A stretch of 64,000 nucleotides of DNA from Spizellomyces punctatus DAOM BR117 (taxonomy: Eukaryota): NCBI GenBank assembly GCA_000182565.2, contig KQ257455.1; one strand, given 5' to 3'. Positions 1 to 14,077 of the stretch are shown here, in pieces. Within the stretch, counting starts at the first letter, position 1. Every line of letters starts with the position of its first letter. Made by a program: the position numbers and the translations under genes. Under the pieces are notes generated by a model, which saw only the letters and a program-made list of their open reading frames with translations, searched no databases and had not been told where the DNA came from.

Positions 1-2000
1 GACAACAGGGCAGTCGCCAAACACCGTCTTCCCTATCATTTGTCAGAATTGACCGACCGCGAGTCCGGTCGCCCCTTCCTTCCCCTACGTCGGAGAAAGT
101 ACCTGAAGTGCATGATCCGCGCGAATCTCCCACCACCCTCAAGTGTGTTTTTTTATCCCTGTGCGGAAGAATTTCTCGTACTGTTCTGTGGTCCTGACGT
201 GCCATTTATAGATTTTTAGCCACACCTGTCTCGTCTCCGAGTGGACCCATCATTTTAGCGACATCTTCGAAGGATATTGATGGGTCTCCATCTAGCAGGC
301 GAGGGCCTGCATACCGAAGATACCGGCATCTGATAACTCCGGGGAGGAAGCTCATACTGCCCAGCAAATACGAGCTATTAGAGAAGATGTTCCACGGACT
401 CGAGTATACCATTATGTTTATGAAGGGAAGAGACCAGCCTTGTGTATACCACAAGATTCGGAAAGCTGTTGAAAACATGTGCCACAGGTACCTTAGGCTG
501 AACCCTGTAACCTGTAAGTGGCAACTAAGCTAGAAGTTTTATCTTTTTTAGGAATTTTGAACTTCGGAACCTGGCCCAAATCAGAGCGGTGTACCCCGAG
601 GCGTATAGGTATAAAGCGGTCCAAACTGTTGATAGAGGCGTCAAGGTGGCATCTGTTTGCATTGACATTCCCGATGAAAACGAGGAGATCGCCAGTCAGG
701 CCGCACCAGGGAGTGCGGGAGATTCACCCTCAATCATCCGGGGCGGCACACTGGTGGCGCCGAGCGCATCCGCTGTAGATAGTGTTGCAATGCGGAATAA
801 AGCTGCAGGAGCGAGTAGGAGCATGGGCGAACGCAGGAACGAATTTCACAAGAGGTTATTGGAACGGGTGCATATTGAACATGAGGTGAGGCGAAACGAC
901 ATACCAAATTGTGCCTCCGCATTCGGCGCAACTCCTAAGACCTTTCTGCGACAGAAATTTTTGGGGACGCTGCCATACACAATGAACGCAGCCAAAGAAG
1001 GAGAACTGCGCGCATGGCATCCTCAGTTCAATCTAGGCGCTGTACCGGATATTACACCTGCTGAAATGCCAGAATTGAAGGAAGAGACACCAGATTTTAG
1101 GACGGTCGCGCGAAAACGAGCGAACGAGGCTAGTAAGGTAGTTTGGTTCCGTCGCTGTCTCCGTATTATGTCTTCTGTTCTTAGCCCCAAAATCATTTTA
1201 GGCGTCTCATGACGCGACGAGTCCCGCACAAGGAGATATCCCTCCAGAAAATCATAGCCCCAAAAAGTCAGAAGAAGGCAAGGAACACGTTTCCATGAGC
1301 AAAGACGGCTCTGCTGGCCGTCAGGATCAAGCCAGTCCTCTGCCGCTTATACCGGCAGATCCCTTACCGGCTACGTCTGGTCCGCCGACTAAACCAAAAT
1401 CTCGAGCTGCGGCACTCCTCGAAAGGGTATGCCGCATTGGCCGATTGGATTAGGATCAATATTAATACTGTGTGCTTGGTCTCAGATACGAGAGAAGGAA
1501 CGGAAGAAGATGGAATCGGAGATGTACTCCAAGAAGCTGACTCCTGAGGAGATAAGAAAGAAAGCCATGTTATCGAGACTGGGAGACTTGGCCCAAGCTC
1601 TAAATTTGTAAGTTGGTGCGCCAGATGCGTGGTTCTTGTAAATCTCCGCTGATGTGTATGCACACGATCCAGCCTGTATGTTTCTGCTGGGAAAAATGTG
1701 ATGTCACTGAGCGATGTAACAAGCCATCTTGCGACGAGTTTAAGATCTGCATTGTCTGAAGGTGCCCATCAAATTGCTTGAAGAGCATTGCAAGCTTATT
1801 TTGAACTCATCATCTTCTCTTGAAACATAGCGGAAAGCCGCGAGCACGTCGGGCTTCTCGCAGACGTCGCACCAGAGTGGTGCAAATTGTCCATCCTCGA
1901 CATTGGGACATTTGTTAAAATCGATCGGGGTATGGAATTAGCCAAGGTCAAGGAGAGGGTTCAGGAGGCCTTAGCGGAAATGACGAAGTCAGAGACGTAA
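1..2000 (+). CDS. CDT1: DNA replication licensing factor Cdt1 (multi-exon, probably 5'-partial)
   Basis: Spliced translation gives PAYRRYRHL..LILPSKYELLEKMF..NFELRNLAQIRAVYPEAYRY, WHPQFNLGAVPDI, ALLERIREKE..MLSRLGDLAQAL and a C-terminal EHVGLLADVAPEWC..FVKIDR. These match both Cdt1 winged-helix regions. Stop TAA 1998-2000. Confidence 0.88.
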
Positions 2001-2314
2001 AGAGGGCTACGAAACGGACGAGGAACCATGGGTAGATGCGTGTACTATTCAGGAGGACCCCTTGGTTATTTGTTTTTGTGATCTTTGGATTTTTCTGTGC
2101 ATACTTGTGATGTGAATTTGAGATAGGACGTGCGACAGCATACAATTCCTGGAGAAGTGGATGTAAATGTACTGAGGATATGGGCATTGTAATCATAGAG
2201 TTGAATGTAATAGCTGGCGAGAGGATCTAGGACACTAATAAATGAAATGTACATACTATACTCTAGCATGTTGATTGGAATCGCATTTCTCATGCCGTGT
2301 TGATTGGAAAGCAT

Positions 2315-5300
2315 TCAAACACGGGTATAAAAATACATGTACGCCTCCCCAACCGCTTTCCCTACATCTGGTACCTCCACCACCTTATTATCATTGTACA
2401 GCACCCACCGCCCATCCCGGTATACATGAGCAACGTAATGTCCACAGTGCGCGGAAGTACCCTTGTGAGAAATGAAGGCAGTTAGGCGGTACTTGGCTGG
2501 ACGCATGTCCGGTTGGGGAGTGGTTCCCGTTGCTGCCGAGGAGAATGCATATTTCAGTTCTCAAACACGCTATGCTAGCCGACCATTGTGAACCTACCAG
2601 ACGTTTCGGTTTCATCCGCATCCATGGCGTCCGCATGGCTGAAAAGCCAATCTACTGCACGCTCCATGTTGTTGTCCTAATGGAAACAACAGAATAAACA
2701 TCAGCACCGACGAAAACAAATCATTCAAAAGCAAATATATCAGCACCCATACCGTTTCTTTGAGCGCACGCTTTGCTTGCCCCACCGTAAAGCCCATATC
2801 CGTAAGTTGCTGGATCTCCGCCTCCGACGCACCAGATTTGCGTTCATTGAGACTAACAGGTGTGTCTATGTCTAATGCGAAAGGCCATTTTTTAACTTGG
2901 GGCCACAATTATACGTGAACGCAAGTTCGAAATACCTGGATCATCCATATGTTCAAACAACCAACTCATGGCTATCTCGGCCCCATTATTGCCCGTCGCT
3001 AATATGGCCTTGGTGCATCGCACTTCGGGGAATCCCATAGCCATCAGCTGGCTCATGGCAATTGGGTCGACTTGTGGGCCTGCGTCATTGCTGCCTGTGC
3101 GGTAAGATTCGGGAAATGAATGAGTTATGATACAAAAATCAGAAAGACTCAAAATCGAAAGCCATTACCTTCCGCTTCCTCCGGCAAGAGCTCTTCGCCC
3201 TCTTGCTGTCCGTGACCACGCAGTCGCTCCAGGTCCAGTTCAAGCGGTGCGGTTATTGGCGCGTCTGCAGTAGAGAGAGCAGTGTGTCATTTAATAAAAA
3301 CCGATTCGGAACATATGGAAATTGTCCTGCGGATAGCACCTACTTAGTTTCTCCATAACCCAACCAGTTCCGAGTACAAAACGGCTCATTGTGCAGACCA
3401 AGGTATCTGGAAACGTGCTAAATCTCGTCGTGCTGCATAATACAAATGCAAAAGGTGAGGATATAACAAACTATAAACAGCATTTCTTTACTCTTACAAA
3501 GTAGCATTAGTATCGCCGTTATCATGTGGGCATTTGTAATCTCTGATGTCATCGTTGAAGACCGTCGCAAGACATTCGTCGAAGGAAACGGGCATATACT
3601 GCGGTTTGTCTGCCTCTGTTAAGTCCCCATCTTCCACTTTCTTTGCTGGCACGCGCAGCGTTAAAGAACTGTTTTTCTCAGTCCGATACCTCACGCGCTG
3701 GCATTGTAGACATTGTAACCGGTGTTCAACGGTAAATTGAAAGATGGAAGATGGATCTACACCACCAGCTCGCTCTTTTTGTTCAACGACGGAAAGAAGG
3801 TGCTGGAAGAACTCTTGCGCGTCCTAATGTTACAATTGTTGACATGCACTGCGAAACAAGGTTGCGGGGCCACTGTAGACATACCTGCTGCCTCATTGTC
3901 GAAAACTCAGGGTGGCCCTTTCCAATAAAGGTCTTAAACATTGATGGAGCAATGCCATCTTGGCCGCGTTGCTCGCCGTCCTCGCTTATGGTTTCCTTAG
4001 GTTGTGAATAGCGACCACTGAGTAAGCCGTCCGCAAGTTTGGCCATTTGGCAGTGATAGCAATGTGCTGGCCTTTCCCGGCACGTGGCCACGTGGTCCTG
4101 GCCAATTCCCAGATATCTACGGTCGTCCCAATGAGATTCTGCATCTTTCTTCATTGATAGAATGAATCTTCGCCAGCCTTACCGGTTCTCGAACGGGTGG
4201 AAGGAAAAAATAGCTTGCATCACTGACGCCAGGTAACAGCTAGAAATGCGACAATGAGCCTGGAGCCTGGTGGGCACAACGCATATCGCAGGTTACCTGT
4301 TCCCTAGATTTTTAAGGCCGGTGTAACCAGGTCCAAACAGAGGCTCCAGCATTTTCCCATCCTCCGTAGTCATACTGAAGTCAAACTTGAGATTTTGCTC
4401 CAGTTGCTGTCAGTGGATTAGCAAACAATGAGATTAATGAGACTTAACCCACATGTTTTCCGATACTCTGACCTACCAGCTCGGTTATGCTTTTTTCTGT
4501 TTTCTGCTGATTGGCTAAGTTTATACCAAACGTTGATAGATGCTTCCCCAAATGTGGATCCAAGCGGTCTTCGCCACACTGATAGCAAAATACATCTACC
4601 AAACTGTCAGTTTACATCAATCCCTGCAGACACAAAGGTTGGGTCTCACCTGCAGTTCCTTCTGGCGTAATTGTCCCAAGTTTAACCGACACGGGATGCA
4701 TTGTTTCCTCATAATGTTGCATGCCATGTCCATTTCCACCTATGCCACCAAACTGCTGGCGGCCACAGCCAAGATTGCCGCAAGTTAAGCAGAGCCAGAG
4801 GTTCTCTTTCAGATCACATTTGTTACAATGTGCCAAAGCTAATCAAATGAGAACAAAAGGTTAGGCTTTCCGTGCACCATCAGATCGGTCCGGTTCGCGC
4901 TTACTATTTGCCTCCAGTAGACGCGGCTCTCCTTGCTTAAGATTTTCCGTGTGTGTACACGATGTAATTTCCTCTTGCCATGCCTTTACTTCAGATTGCT
5001 TTTTTGCGGAAAGTGCCATCATGACGGAGTCCACAACCACAGGAATCTTCGCAGGGTGTGAAAAAGATACTTAGCGCATGTTTCGTATTACAAACATGAT
5101 TTACGTGTGTACCAACATTCCCAGCACTTCGGTCAACTTCAGCTTCCCCGCATGCGTAGCACTTTACCGTCGTCAAAAAATCGAACAGATCCTCTTCTCT
5201 TTCTTCCTCAATCGCAAGTTTTGTCATCTTTGCAGGGGGTGGAGTTCCGTCTCTCTTAATTCAGGTATCAGTGACTGCAGCTCTTCAAGTCCGGAAGGTC

Positions 5301-5673
5301 ATAATTTCATCATCGTGCGAGGCATTCTAGCATACCTTTTTGGCCTTTGCGATGCGTTTAATGTTCAAAGCTAGTGGATGACTAGTCTTTTGAAAATGTA
5401 GCCGGCCATGTCCTCGATCGTTGCTCAAACACCCTCCATTGAAACAGCTCAAGCAAACATCGATACCCTGAGGAAGATCCTGGTATTGCAAACCACAAAT
5501 GCACTTTGTCAGCAAGACGTATTTCTCTCCGTAGTTCAGGTTAACCGTATGCCCACTTGAACATCTTCACGCACCTGACTGTCAAAACAAAGAGTACATT
5601 CCTCCTTGTAAACTTCACTCGCTGCGGTAGCGGGAACTAACTTGGTGGAAGATGCGTGGGAGCAGATAGCCAT
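2315..5673 (-). CDS. UBP14: Ubiquitin C-terminal hydrolase 14 / isopeptidase T (ZnF-UBP, USP catalytic domain, 2 UBA); about 16 exons
   Basis: VYKEECTLCFD; ZnF-UBP CNKCDLKENLWLCLTCGNLGCGR; Cys box GYTGLKNLGNSCYLASV; UBA MGFPEVRCTKA; His box FISHKGTSAHCGHYVAH. ATG at 5673, TGA at 2315. Confidence 0.95.
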
Positions 5674-6038
5674 ATTCGCTATAGTTGTGTCAACAATTGG
5701 AAAACGTAAGGGTTGACGTTGGGTGATCTACACCTGAGAATATCAACAGTATGACGCGTTGACTAGTTTTGTTCCTGACAGCTTGGATGCTGACTAACCT
5801 CAAGTTTGCTTGCCACCGCGGATGTGACTGCTTTACGCAACGATCTGCTTTCATACGGAAGCGCCTTACAACTTCTACAAACAGGATGCAGGTAAACAGA
5901 ACTGTATTAAAAACGGTCTTTTATTAAACACACGCCGCCTGAAACTTTATCTACAAAACAATGACTGCAAGTTGCAATCACAAATGACGAGGCAGTTCTG
6001 CCAAAGCAAGTATTACAGATGAAAGGAAAAAAAGTTCA

Positions 6039-7345
6039 CTACCACTCAAAATCGCCTTGCGCCTAAAGCCAAGCAACAAATTTAGCTACTATTTAGCAAC
6101 TATCCATTATACGGAAAATTTCGCAAGGGTACCTTATTGAAGACATAATCTCTTCCGTTGACGGTGATAATACCGTCCTTTAGTGTACACTTCCACTTGT
6201 TTTTAACGCGGTTGACCTGACAGATGTGGGAACATTGTTAGAGCCGGGCCGACAAATCCCTGTCCATCACATATCTATAACCTTTGGATGTCTAACCTTT
6301 TCATATTGGCAGAGAATTATATGGGACACATCCGCAGTCTCGTCCTCTGAATCTTCGTCGTCAAGATCGGAGCCGATGCCGTCTTCGTTATCATCCTGTA
6401 TTCTAACGTCAGTGAACTAGATGGCCAATGACCCATGGTACATTGATAGCACCTCATCTTCTTCATCATCGTCGTCATCAACTCCATCCAGCTGCCGGAT
6501 TCGTTGCTTGGCAAGCGAACCTCGTCCCTGTTCTTCTGCAGCCTCCCCCTCTGCGCGATGCCGCTCCTGCCACAAGCGCTGTACTAATTCATCTATTTCC
6601 TGTAAACATTATCAGCATTGGTCTAATTGACATCAAGTGAGTGCTAGATGTACCCTTTGTGATGGTTGCGCCGTTTCAACCACTTTCGAGGTTTCTGCCT
6701 GTGCCTCATCGCCAGCGCCGTCATTTTGCGGGATATGATATGAATCTGGAGCTGTCCCTGTGTCGATAGGGCTCCGTAAGACGTTGACCTTCACAAGTCC
6801 TATATTTATCATCAAGGGCACATACCGTCTCCGCCCACACCCGAGGCCAGCGCTGCCAAGTTAGCAGCAGCGGCAAATGAAGAATCATTATGATCTCCTC
6901 CGTAATACTCTGTCCCATATTGGCCCCCAGCTCCATCGTACACCCCGTAGCCATCATCGAACGATTCTTTGAAATCAAAATCGGCTACTCGCATACTCGC
7001 AATCTTACGCTTCCACGTCTGGAAACGCAAAGTCGTAACAGAGAGATCCAAACATTAATATGCAGGTTGCTGCAAATACAAGACTTAACAATCTGCATGC
7101 AATTGGACAACCACCTGACGCAGTTCGGCAAGGACGTTTTGTCCCACGCCCATCTCAGCAAAGGTTGGCGCAACCTTTTCACAGACCTCGTCGATGACAT
7201 AGGTATATACGCTAGGCTGTGAAATGATGCACATTGAGTTGAGATGTGTTAATTTCCGTGGTGTTTCTTTACAGATTCCAGGAACCAATCCAGCTCAACA
7301 TCTCGCCCACAACTCACAAAAACATACCACAAGCTGGTTGGACAT
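6039..7345 (-). CDS. TOA1: Transcription factor IIA large (alpha/beta) subunit
   Basis: N-terminus MSNQLV-PSVYTYVIDEV..GVGQNVLAELRQTWKRKI, acidic linker, C-terminus IILCQYEKVNRVKNKWKCTLKDGIITVNGRDYVFNKAQGDFEW*. Confidence 0.95.
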
Positions 7346-7576
7346 GCTAGCTGACGTGACAAAAGAACTCTAACAGAATAGGCACTAGAAATAGGAAGAG
7401 GTGGGCGACTCTCGGAAGGTTCTTCTTCGTGTCGCCAAATGGAAAGGAGCTTAAGTCGACTTTCGCTTTTATACTGCCCAAACAGCCCGCCCATTTATAG
7501 TGACACAGCCACACCACGTGATCTATCACACTCGGAGACCAGCAGCCAGCGAGTGCAGAGATCCTTCAAACGACAC

Positions 7577-9305
7577 ATGACACCGCTTCGAATCGCCTTT
7601 GTTCACCCGGATTTGGGAATAGGTAAACTGGCCTCAGTGTCAATTTTATGCACATTGCGTTCTTAAATAACCTGCGCGAGAAGGCGGTGCAGAGCGCCTA
7701 GTCGTCGACGCGGCTGTTGGGCTTCAATCACGGGGCCATAGCGTTGTACTTTACACGTCGCATCATGACCCAACACATTGCTTTCAAGAGACCAGAGATG
7801 GTGTGTGATTTAAATAATATTTCGAGTTCCGTCAGTGCTTGACTTGTTATTTAGGGACGTTGAAAGTTTCTGTGGCTGGAGATTGGCTTCCGCGCCATCT
7901 GTTTGGCAAAGGATACATTCTTTTTGCCATATTACGGAGCGTTGTGCTCTCATTCTCGCTATGTTTGGGTCATTCTGGACAGTACGATTTGCTAGTCGTT
8001 GATCAGTTATCGGCTTCTATACCGGTTTTGAGATTCGCGAACGCCAAGGTTCGTCTGTGTATATGACGACACTAGAGATTAGAACAACCTGACGAGCTTA
8101 TGTTTGCATTAGATCCTATTCTATTGTCATTTCCCGGATAAGCTTCTTACTAAGCGGCAAAGCTTACTGAAGAAAATATACCGGCTACCCGTCGACTTTC
8201 TAGAAGAGCAGACTACCAGTCAGTTTTGACCGCTTATGTCCATCCTCAAATTCTTCTTTGATTTTTAAATTCTTCTGGTTAGCGTTCTCTAGGGATGGCC
8301 GATAAGATTGTTGTCAATAGCAGATTTACGGCAGGGGTCTTCATGAGGGCTTTTCCCTCCATTAAACAAGCGCCAGACGTTCTATACCCAGGGGTACCTT
8401 TAAAGTCTTACTGTAAGGAGGTTAATACAGCTGATCCAACGGTGATACCGCTGATGAGGTACGCATTTCGTGGATATTCTCTGGTCTTCATTTGGTCTAA
8501 TATTCACCGTCCGCATCTTCAGCGAGCAGCAGTTGCTTCTGTCCATAAACCGCTTCGAGAGAAAAAAGAATATCGAGTTGGCAATTTATACATTTGAGCG
8601 CTTACGAGAACAAATACCAGGAAAATTTCCTACTTTGCGCTTAATAGTCGCAGGTGCGTTTGGACGTGCTAGGTTGGTGACCTTCTACTGGGGCTGATGC
8701 AATTGCCTATAATGACATTGGATTTAGGGGGTTATGATACGCGTGTGAGAGAGAACGTGGAATACTTGGAGGAATTAGAACTGCTCGCTATTCAGATGGG
8801 ATTTTTGACGCATGTTTACAATCATGGATCGAAACCGCCGCCGAAGGACGCGCAAGTAGTGTTTATCCCGTCTTTCAATGATGAGCAGAGAACGTTTCTC
8901 TTGGCTAGGTCCCTCTGTCTCTTGTATACGCCCAGCGAGGAGCACTTTGGAATTGTTCCTGTGGAAGCCATGTACGCTGGGCTGCCCGTGATTGCTGTCA
9001 ATAACGGAGGACCAACAGAGACAGTAGTCGACAGTGTAACCGGCTTCTTGCGTAACCCGGATCCTACTGAGTTTGCCGATGCTATCGCCAAACTGGCGAC
9101 TGGGGTTGTGAGGAAGGAAGATTTGGGAAGCAAGGGAAAGACGCTGGTGGAGGAGAAGTTTTCTTCGGAAGCATTAATTGACGAGTTAGAGAGGATTATT
9201 AGTACAATGAGGGGAAAGGAAGACGGAAAAGGAACGTCGGCGTTGTATTCATTTCTGACAGGTTTTTGCATACTTTTGGCTTTGGTCATATGGATTATGA
9301 AGTAA
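7577..9305 (+). CDS. ALG2: Alpha-1,3/1,6-mannosyltransferase ALG2 (GT4)
   Basis: [58 protein letters not shown] and a C-terminal TM helix. Confidence 0.96.
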
Positions 9306-9359
9306 TTTTCGATTATAAACAAATGACTTGAATTGATATCACATTCGAATCAAATCTCG

Positions 9360-11113
9360 ATGTTTCAGCTCTCCCGTCACGGTGGGCAACGACACAGGGC
9401 ATTGTGCACTTGGTCGAACGACTTTGCTCGTGCCCGCACACTTGAGCAGTCTAAAAAGTGGATGGGCTCTTCAATTGGCAAGATTCAATCACCTTCTTTC
9501 AGATCATCATCACCTGTCCGGATTGTCCCGAGATCATCCTCACTTACTTCCAATAGTGTATCACCTCCAGACGTGGTCTTCCACGAAGCGCAGAGCCCTT
9601 CGCCGTTGGGAGAGACAGTTGTGACCGACGGGTCATGGGTAGATACTGATAGACATCAGAACAGGACAGGTGAATTTCTATCGGTGCCGGGACCTTCTGT
9701 AACTGAGGAGGGCAGGTGAGTCTTTCTTCGAATGCTGTAAGGGGCCAGAGGCGCCGGTGCGTGGGGAGAGACTGGACCAGTGGATATTTTGGATCGTACA
9801 AAGTGTTCGCTGATCACCGCCATTCTTGTGAAGGACAAGTGTTTATAAAACGTAGGCTAAAACAGTATTCCAACAGTCCATCGAAACGATCACTGGCTAG
9901 TCGTCGATCCTCTTCTGCTTCTGCAGAATCCGTTAAGCTTCGCGAAAACACACCATCTCTTCAACCACCAAAACTCGACACAACAGGCTTTTCCATTCCC
10001 GTTTTTATACCTGCGTCACCAATGTCCGCAGGAACGCAATTTAGCGATAATATTGTCTCTGTGGGGAATATGCTGGAGCCACAGAATGTTCCCCCTTGGC
10101 TACAGCGGCTACTCGACTCCGGTCCAGCGATACCTTCAATCTTACGGGAAGAGTATCAAGAAATTGACTCCCACGAAGTTACTCGTATCCGCGAGGGCGG
10201 TCGCATTTCGGACCACCCGTATAGCCTTGTCGTTGCTCAACAGCGGCAACATATGCGACGAAATAGATACTACGATATCATTCCATATGATCGTACCCGC
10301 GTGGTATTAGGCGAGGCATCGGCGCCGGAATTGAGCGATTACATCAATGCAAGCCACGTGCAAGGATTACCGGGAACAAGAAGCTACATTGTTTCACAGG
10401 GGCCGATGTCCAATACTTTTGGCGACTTCTGGCAGATGGTATGGGAGCAGCGTTCAGGGCTGATTATCATGCTCACAAAAGAGGAAGAAAGAGGGCGAAT
10501 CAAGTGCCATCGATATTGGCCCAGTCAAGAGGGTGAAGAGCTGGAGTTTGAGAATATTAGCGGAATTTCTGTCAAATTAGTGCAAGAGCAAAATCTATCG
10601 GGTGGAGATGTCATGCTGCGGCAGATGGAAATCGCAACCGGAAATGATCGCGAGAAGAGACGGCGAGTCTGGCAGTTACACTTCGTGGCATGGCCGGATC
10701 ATAAAGCTAGCAGTCCACAAAGCGTCCTGGCCATATTGGACTTGGCTCGGGAGTTGCAGACAAGAGTTGAAGCAGAATCGGAAGCTGGACCAATGGTGGT
10801 GCATTGTAGTGCGGGGTGCGGGAGAACAGGGACGTTCTGCGCCATTGATGGCGTAATTACGTTACTCGAGAACGGCGACGATGCTCGAGGAGAGCTGGAC
10901 GTGGTTCATGCCACTGTCGAGAAATTCAGGGAGCACCGGGTTAGCATGGTACAAACTTTGGAGCAGTACGCATTCTGCTACGAAGCAGTGCTGTACAGAC
11001 TTTTGGAATGGCAGCATGGGGTAGGAAAACCACCGAGTTGGATTACACAGTTTCAAACTGCTGCAGCATTACAAACCGTTGCAGAGAAAGACCCGATCAG
11101 TGGCCCCCCATGA
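9360..11113 (+). CDS. Classical protein-tyrosine phosphatase (start codon uncertain: 9360 or 9462; intron about 9716-9856)
   Basis: RNRYYDIIPYDRTRV, DYINAS, DFWQMVWEQ, WPDH loop, VVHCSAGCGRTG P-loop and MVQTLEQY Q-loop. Confidence 0.92.
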
Positions 11114-11346
11114 CGTAGTAATACGTATAAGTTACAAAGTGAAAAAGAAAAAGCTTTATGATCTTCTAGCAGTTGAAGGCCGGTTCCAGCCCGACCGCTT
11201 TTTACCGTGTTGCGTGAATTACCAATATCCGTCGCTACTACTAACTGAGCAAAAATTGAGCAAGTCCTAGGTACTACAAAATTTACTAATCCTTCGTGTC
11301 TGCCTTAATTGTCTGGTTGCGAATCTTTATTATTCGTTGCTATCCA

Positions 11347-14077
11347 CTATCGCTTCAAGAATGTCTTGTTGAGAAGCGACAGAATTCTGTTAACGCTCAA
11401 CTGAACGTATTCTAAATCCAAAAGCTGCACGCCCATTTGCTGTTTTTCTAGGAGGTCATCCAATTTGAGGTCCATTTCAAGAATAGCCTTTTCGCGTCCT
11501 GAGCACAGAATAAGGTCAGCGCCTCTCTTGGAAGGACCATCGGCTGATCAACGTATCTTACCTTTATAGTGTAGCGCAATAATGAATGTTCCAGGAACAG
11601 GCGACATAATATTGAAGAAAATATTTGCCCGCCTGTTATCTGGGACATTGCTCTCCACGATTATCCCGTCCTTTTCCAGCTGCGAGTGACTAAACTTATA
11701 TGGTCCTTGAACCTGTCCTTTAGAGCTCTTTGTATTCACTAGCCCGCTTTGTATTCGCACGTTTTGTAGGTACGCTTTATAACTCTCGAGCTGACTTCGC
11801 AGGTAGTTGTTGTGATCAAGGATAGTCTTGTAAACAATTTCCAAACTTGCAATCTCCTTATCAACCTTTTCTCGCAGGTTACCGAGATGCACCAGTTCTT
11901 GGCGCACTTCTTCGCACATCAAGGCATGTCCATCAGCACGATCTACGACCTGCATCTCCTCCAGCTGACGGAGCATTTCGCGCACTTTAATTCCCTTTTT
12001 GACCAAAGTCGGGTCTCGGGACGTAGCAGCGGTTTCAGCTACGCGGGGAAGGTTAATCGCAGTGCTGCCATTCGATGATGAATTGACCGCCGCTGCCGCA
12101 AGAACCGGCATGGTTCGGAGAATTTGAACAAAAAGTGCTTTGGTGTCCATGTAGAGGATGTCGCCCTGTGTGAGTTCGCTATCAGCCATTGCTGATGGAA
12201 TGTCAGTGATTGGTTGTTCCCAGCGTGAAAATAGGGGCAACACGATGGCTTTGTTTTCCGCACGCGGAACTTGGGATGGTGCAGGCCCGAGATCATTAAG
12301 ACAAATGCGGAGATGGTGCTTTTCGCTTGGACACTGTCAAGGCAAATAGGAGCACAGAGTTAGCGATTGCACACAATCTTAACCGATCAGGGGACGGCCA
12401 TACCAGAGCATCACGATGCTGAACGAGGAGTGCGTGCGTGTTGTAAATTTCGTTTAGCGTAATGTTCAGCATGATATCCTTTTTGGACAACGCTATATAT
12501 TGATCCATCTAGAACAACGTGAGTATCGCTTAGATATGCCATGAGCCACCCACGTCAGATGTCTCATCACATACCTCCAATGCTTCATAAAAGTCTCCAA
12601 CTTCACACAGGTCATTGAGGAACTTATTGATACGCGACTTGTTTTCCTCCACAAAAGGATTTAGCGAGATCATGTATCCCTCTTTCGAATAGGTTGGTTT
12701 GTTGGCAAGATTTTGCAGCAGTTTGGCTACGAGGGTCAAGGTACGTCTAGGGTTCTTCTTCGGATTGCTCTCTACGAGCATGTACGCGTTGGGTGTGACG
12801 ATAGCCGGATTCACAAAGCGAAGGAAAAAGAAACCTCCAATGAGCGAACATATGTTGAACTCTGTAGCTTCAGGGTATTTTCGCTATTTCCAGTAAGCAT
12901 CAATAACAAGAACAACACATTTGGCTACATTTTCGCTGCGACAAACCTTAGTCAATGATCGGATTTGCTTGCAGATCCATCGAATTCCATAAGGCACCTG
13001 ATCAAGGGACGCGATGATTGTCGTTAAAAAAGACTCTGTGATCTCCATCAGCGTTGTCAAGCGTGGAGCAATGATGGCCTGAACGTCCGGGTTTTGCTGT
13101 GCCTCCTCTTGAGAGATACCCCGGGGTAGGTCGCATGGCTCTCCCGTTTCTGCTTCGATATCACTTATCATTTGTTCATATACTTTCAGCGGATTGATTT
13201 CCAAGTCCAAATCTTGATGCTCGATCAGATTGTTGATCCGCTCCGACAGGACATGTTTAAGATATGTTTGTCCGGGCCCTCGCCTTGTGTACGTTGTCAT
13301 CATCCGAGAAACAGGCGTGTTTGCGCGAAGTAAGCTGCCAAACTCAGTAGCAGTTTCGAATTGTGCGGCAAGGACATTTTGGAACATGGATAGTAGAAGA
13401 TACTCTTCTCGAGAGTCGTATTGGTTTCCATATATTGTAAACATTACTGTTTGCAGGAGGGTGTCGATTTCCGACAAGGTGACCAATCGAGCGAGAGTTG
13501 CAATATGCCGAGGTTCAGATTGCAGGAGGAAAAAGAGATTTCCATAAAGCTGCCGTTTACGGTCATCTGGTAGAAATCCTTCCGATGCATCGATCTCTTC
13601 CAAATGACTAGCGACTTCTTGTTGTTCATCCAAAGCCATGCGGTTTTGAATCAAAAGGGCTATCCGACTGTCAAGATACCGAACATCTCGTTCCAGTAAG
13701 AAATTCTTCTTGGACTGTGCAGATATCCGAGTCTTCAACTCTCGCAGCCGTCGTTGTGCCTTTGTCAGCTCATCGTCCACTTCTACATCGTTTTCAGCAG
13801 CCATAGACCATAACGCCGCCACCGAATACCGTCGGTCTGAGGATGGCGATGTTACATTGTTGCCAAGCGGGACACCATTGGATGCCGCAATAAATGCAGC
13901 TCTTGCCAGGCCCGATGGTTGATAGTTGGCATTCACTCGTGCGTCCCGGAAAATTCTATTTCGTCTCGACCCTCGTGATCCATCGTCCCCTCCATTTTCC
14001 CCTCCCCTGGTACCACTGCCTGCAGAACTCGATGCAGCGCCTGTTGAAGCGGCCCTCCTCACTTCGACGCCGTCCAT
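11347..14077 (-). CDS. Ras GTPase-activating protein, S. pombe Gap1/Sar1-like (RasGAP + RasGAP_C)
   Basis: SLLRANTPVSRMM, PYGIRWICKQI, GGFFFLRFVNPAIVTP, LTLVAKLLQNLAN and C-terminal GPYKFSHSQLEKDGII. Confidence 0.9.
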
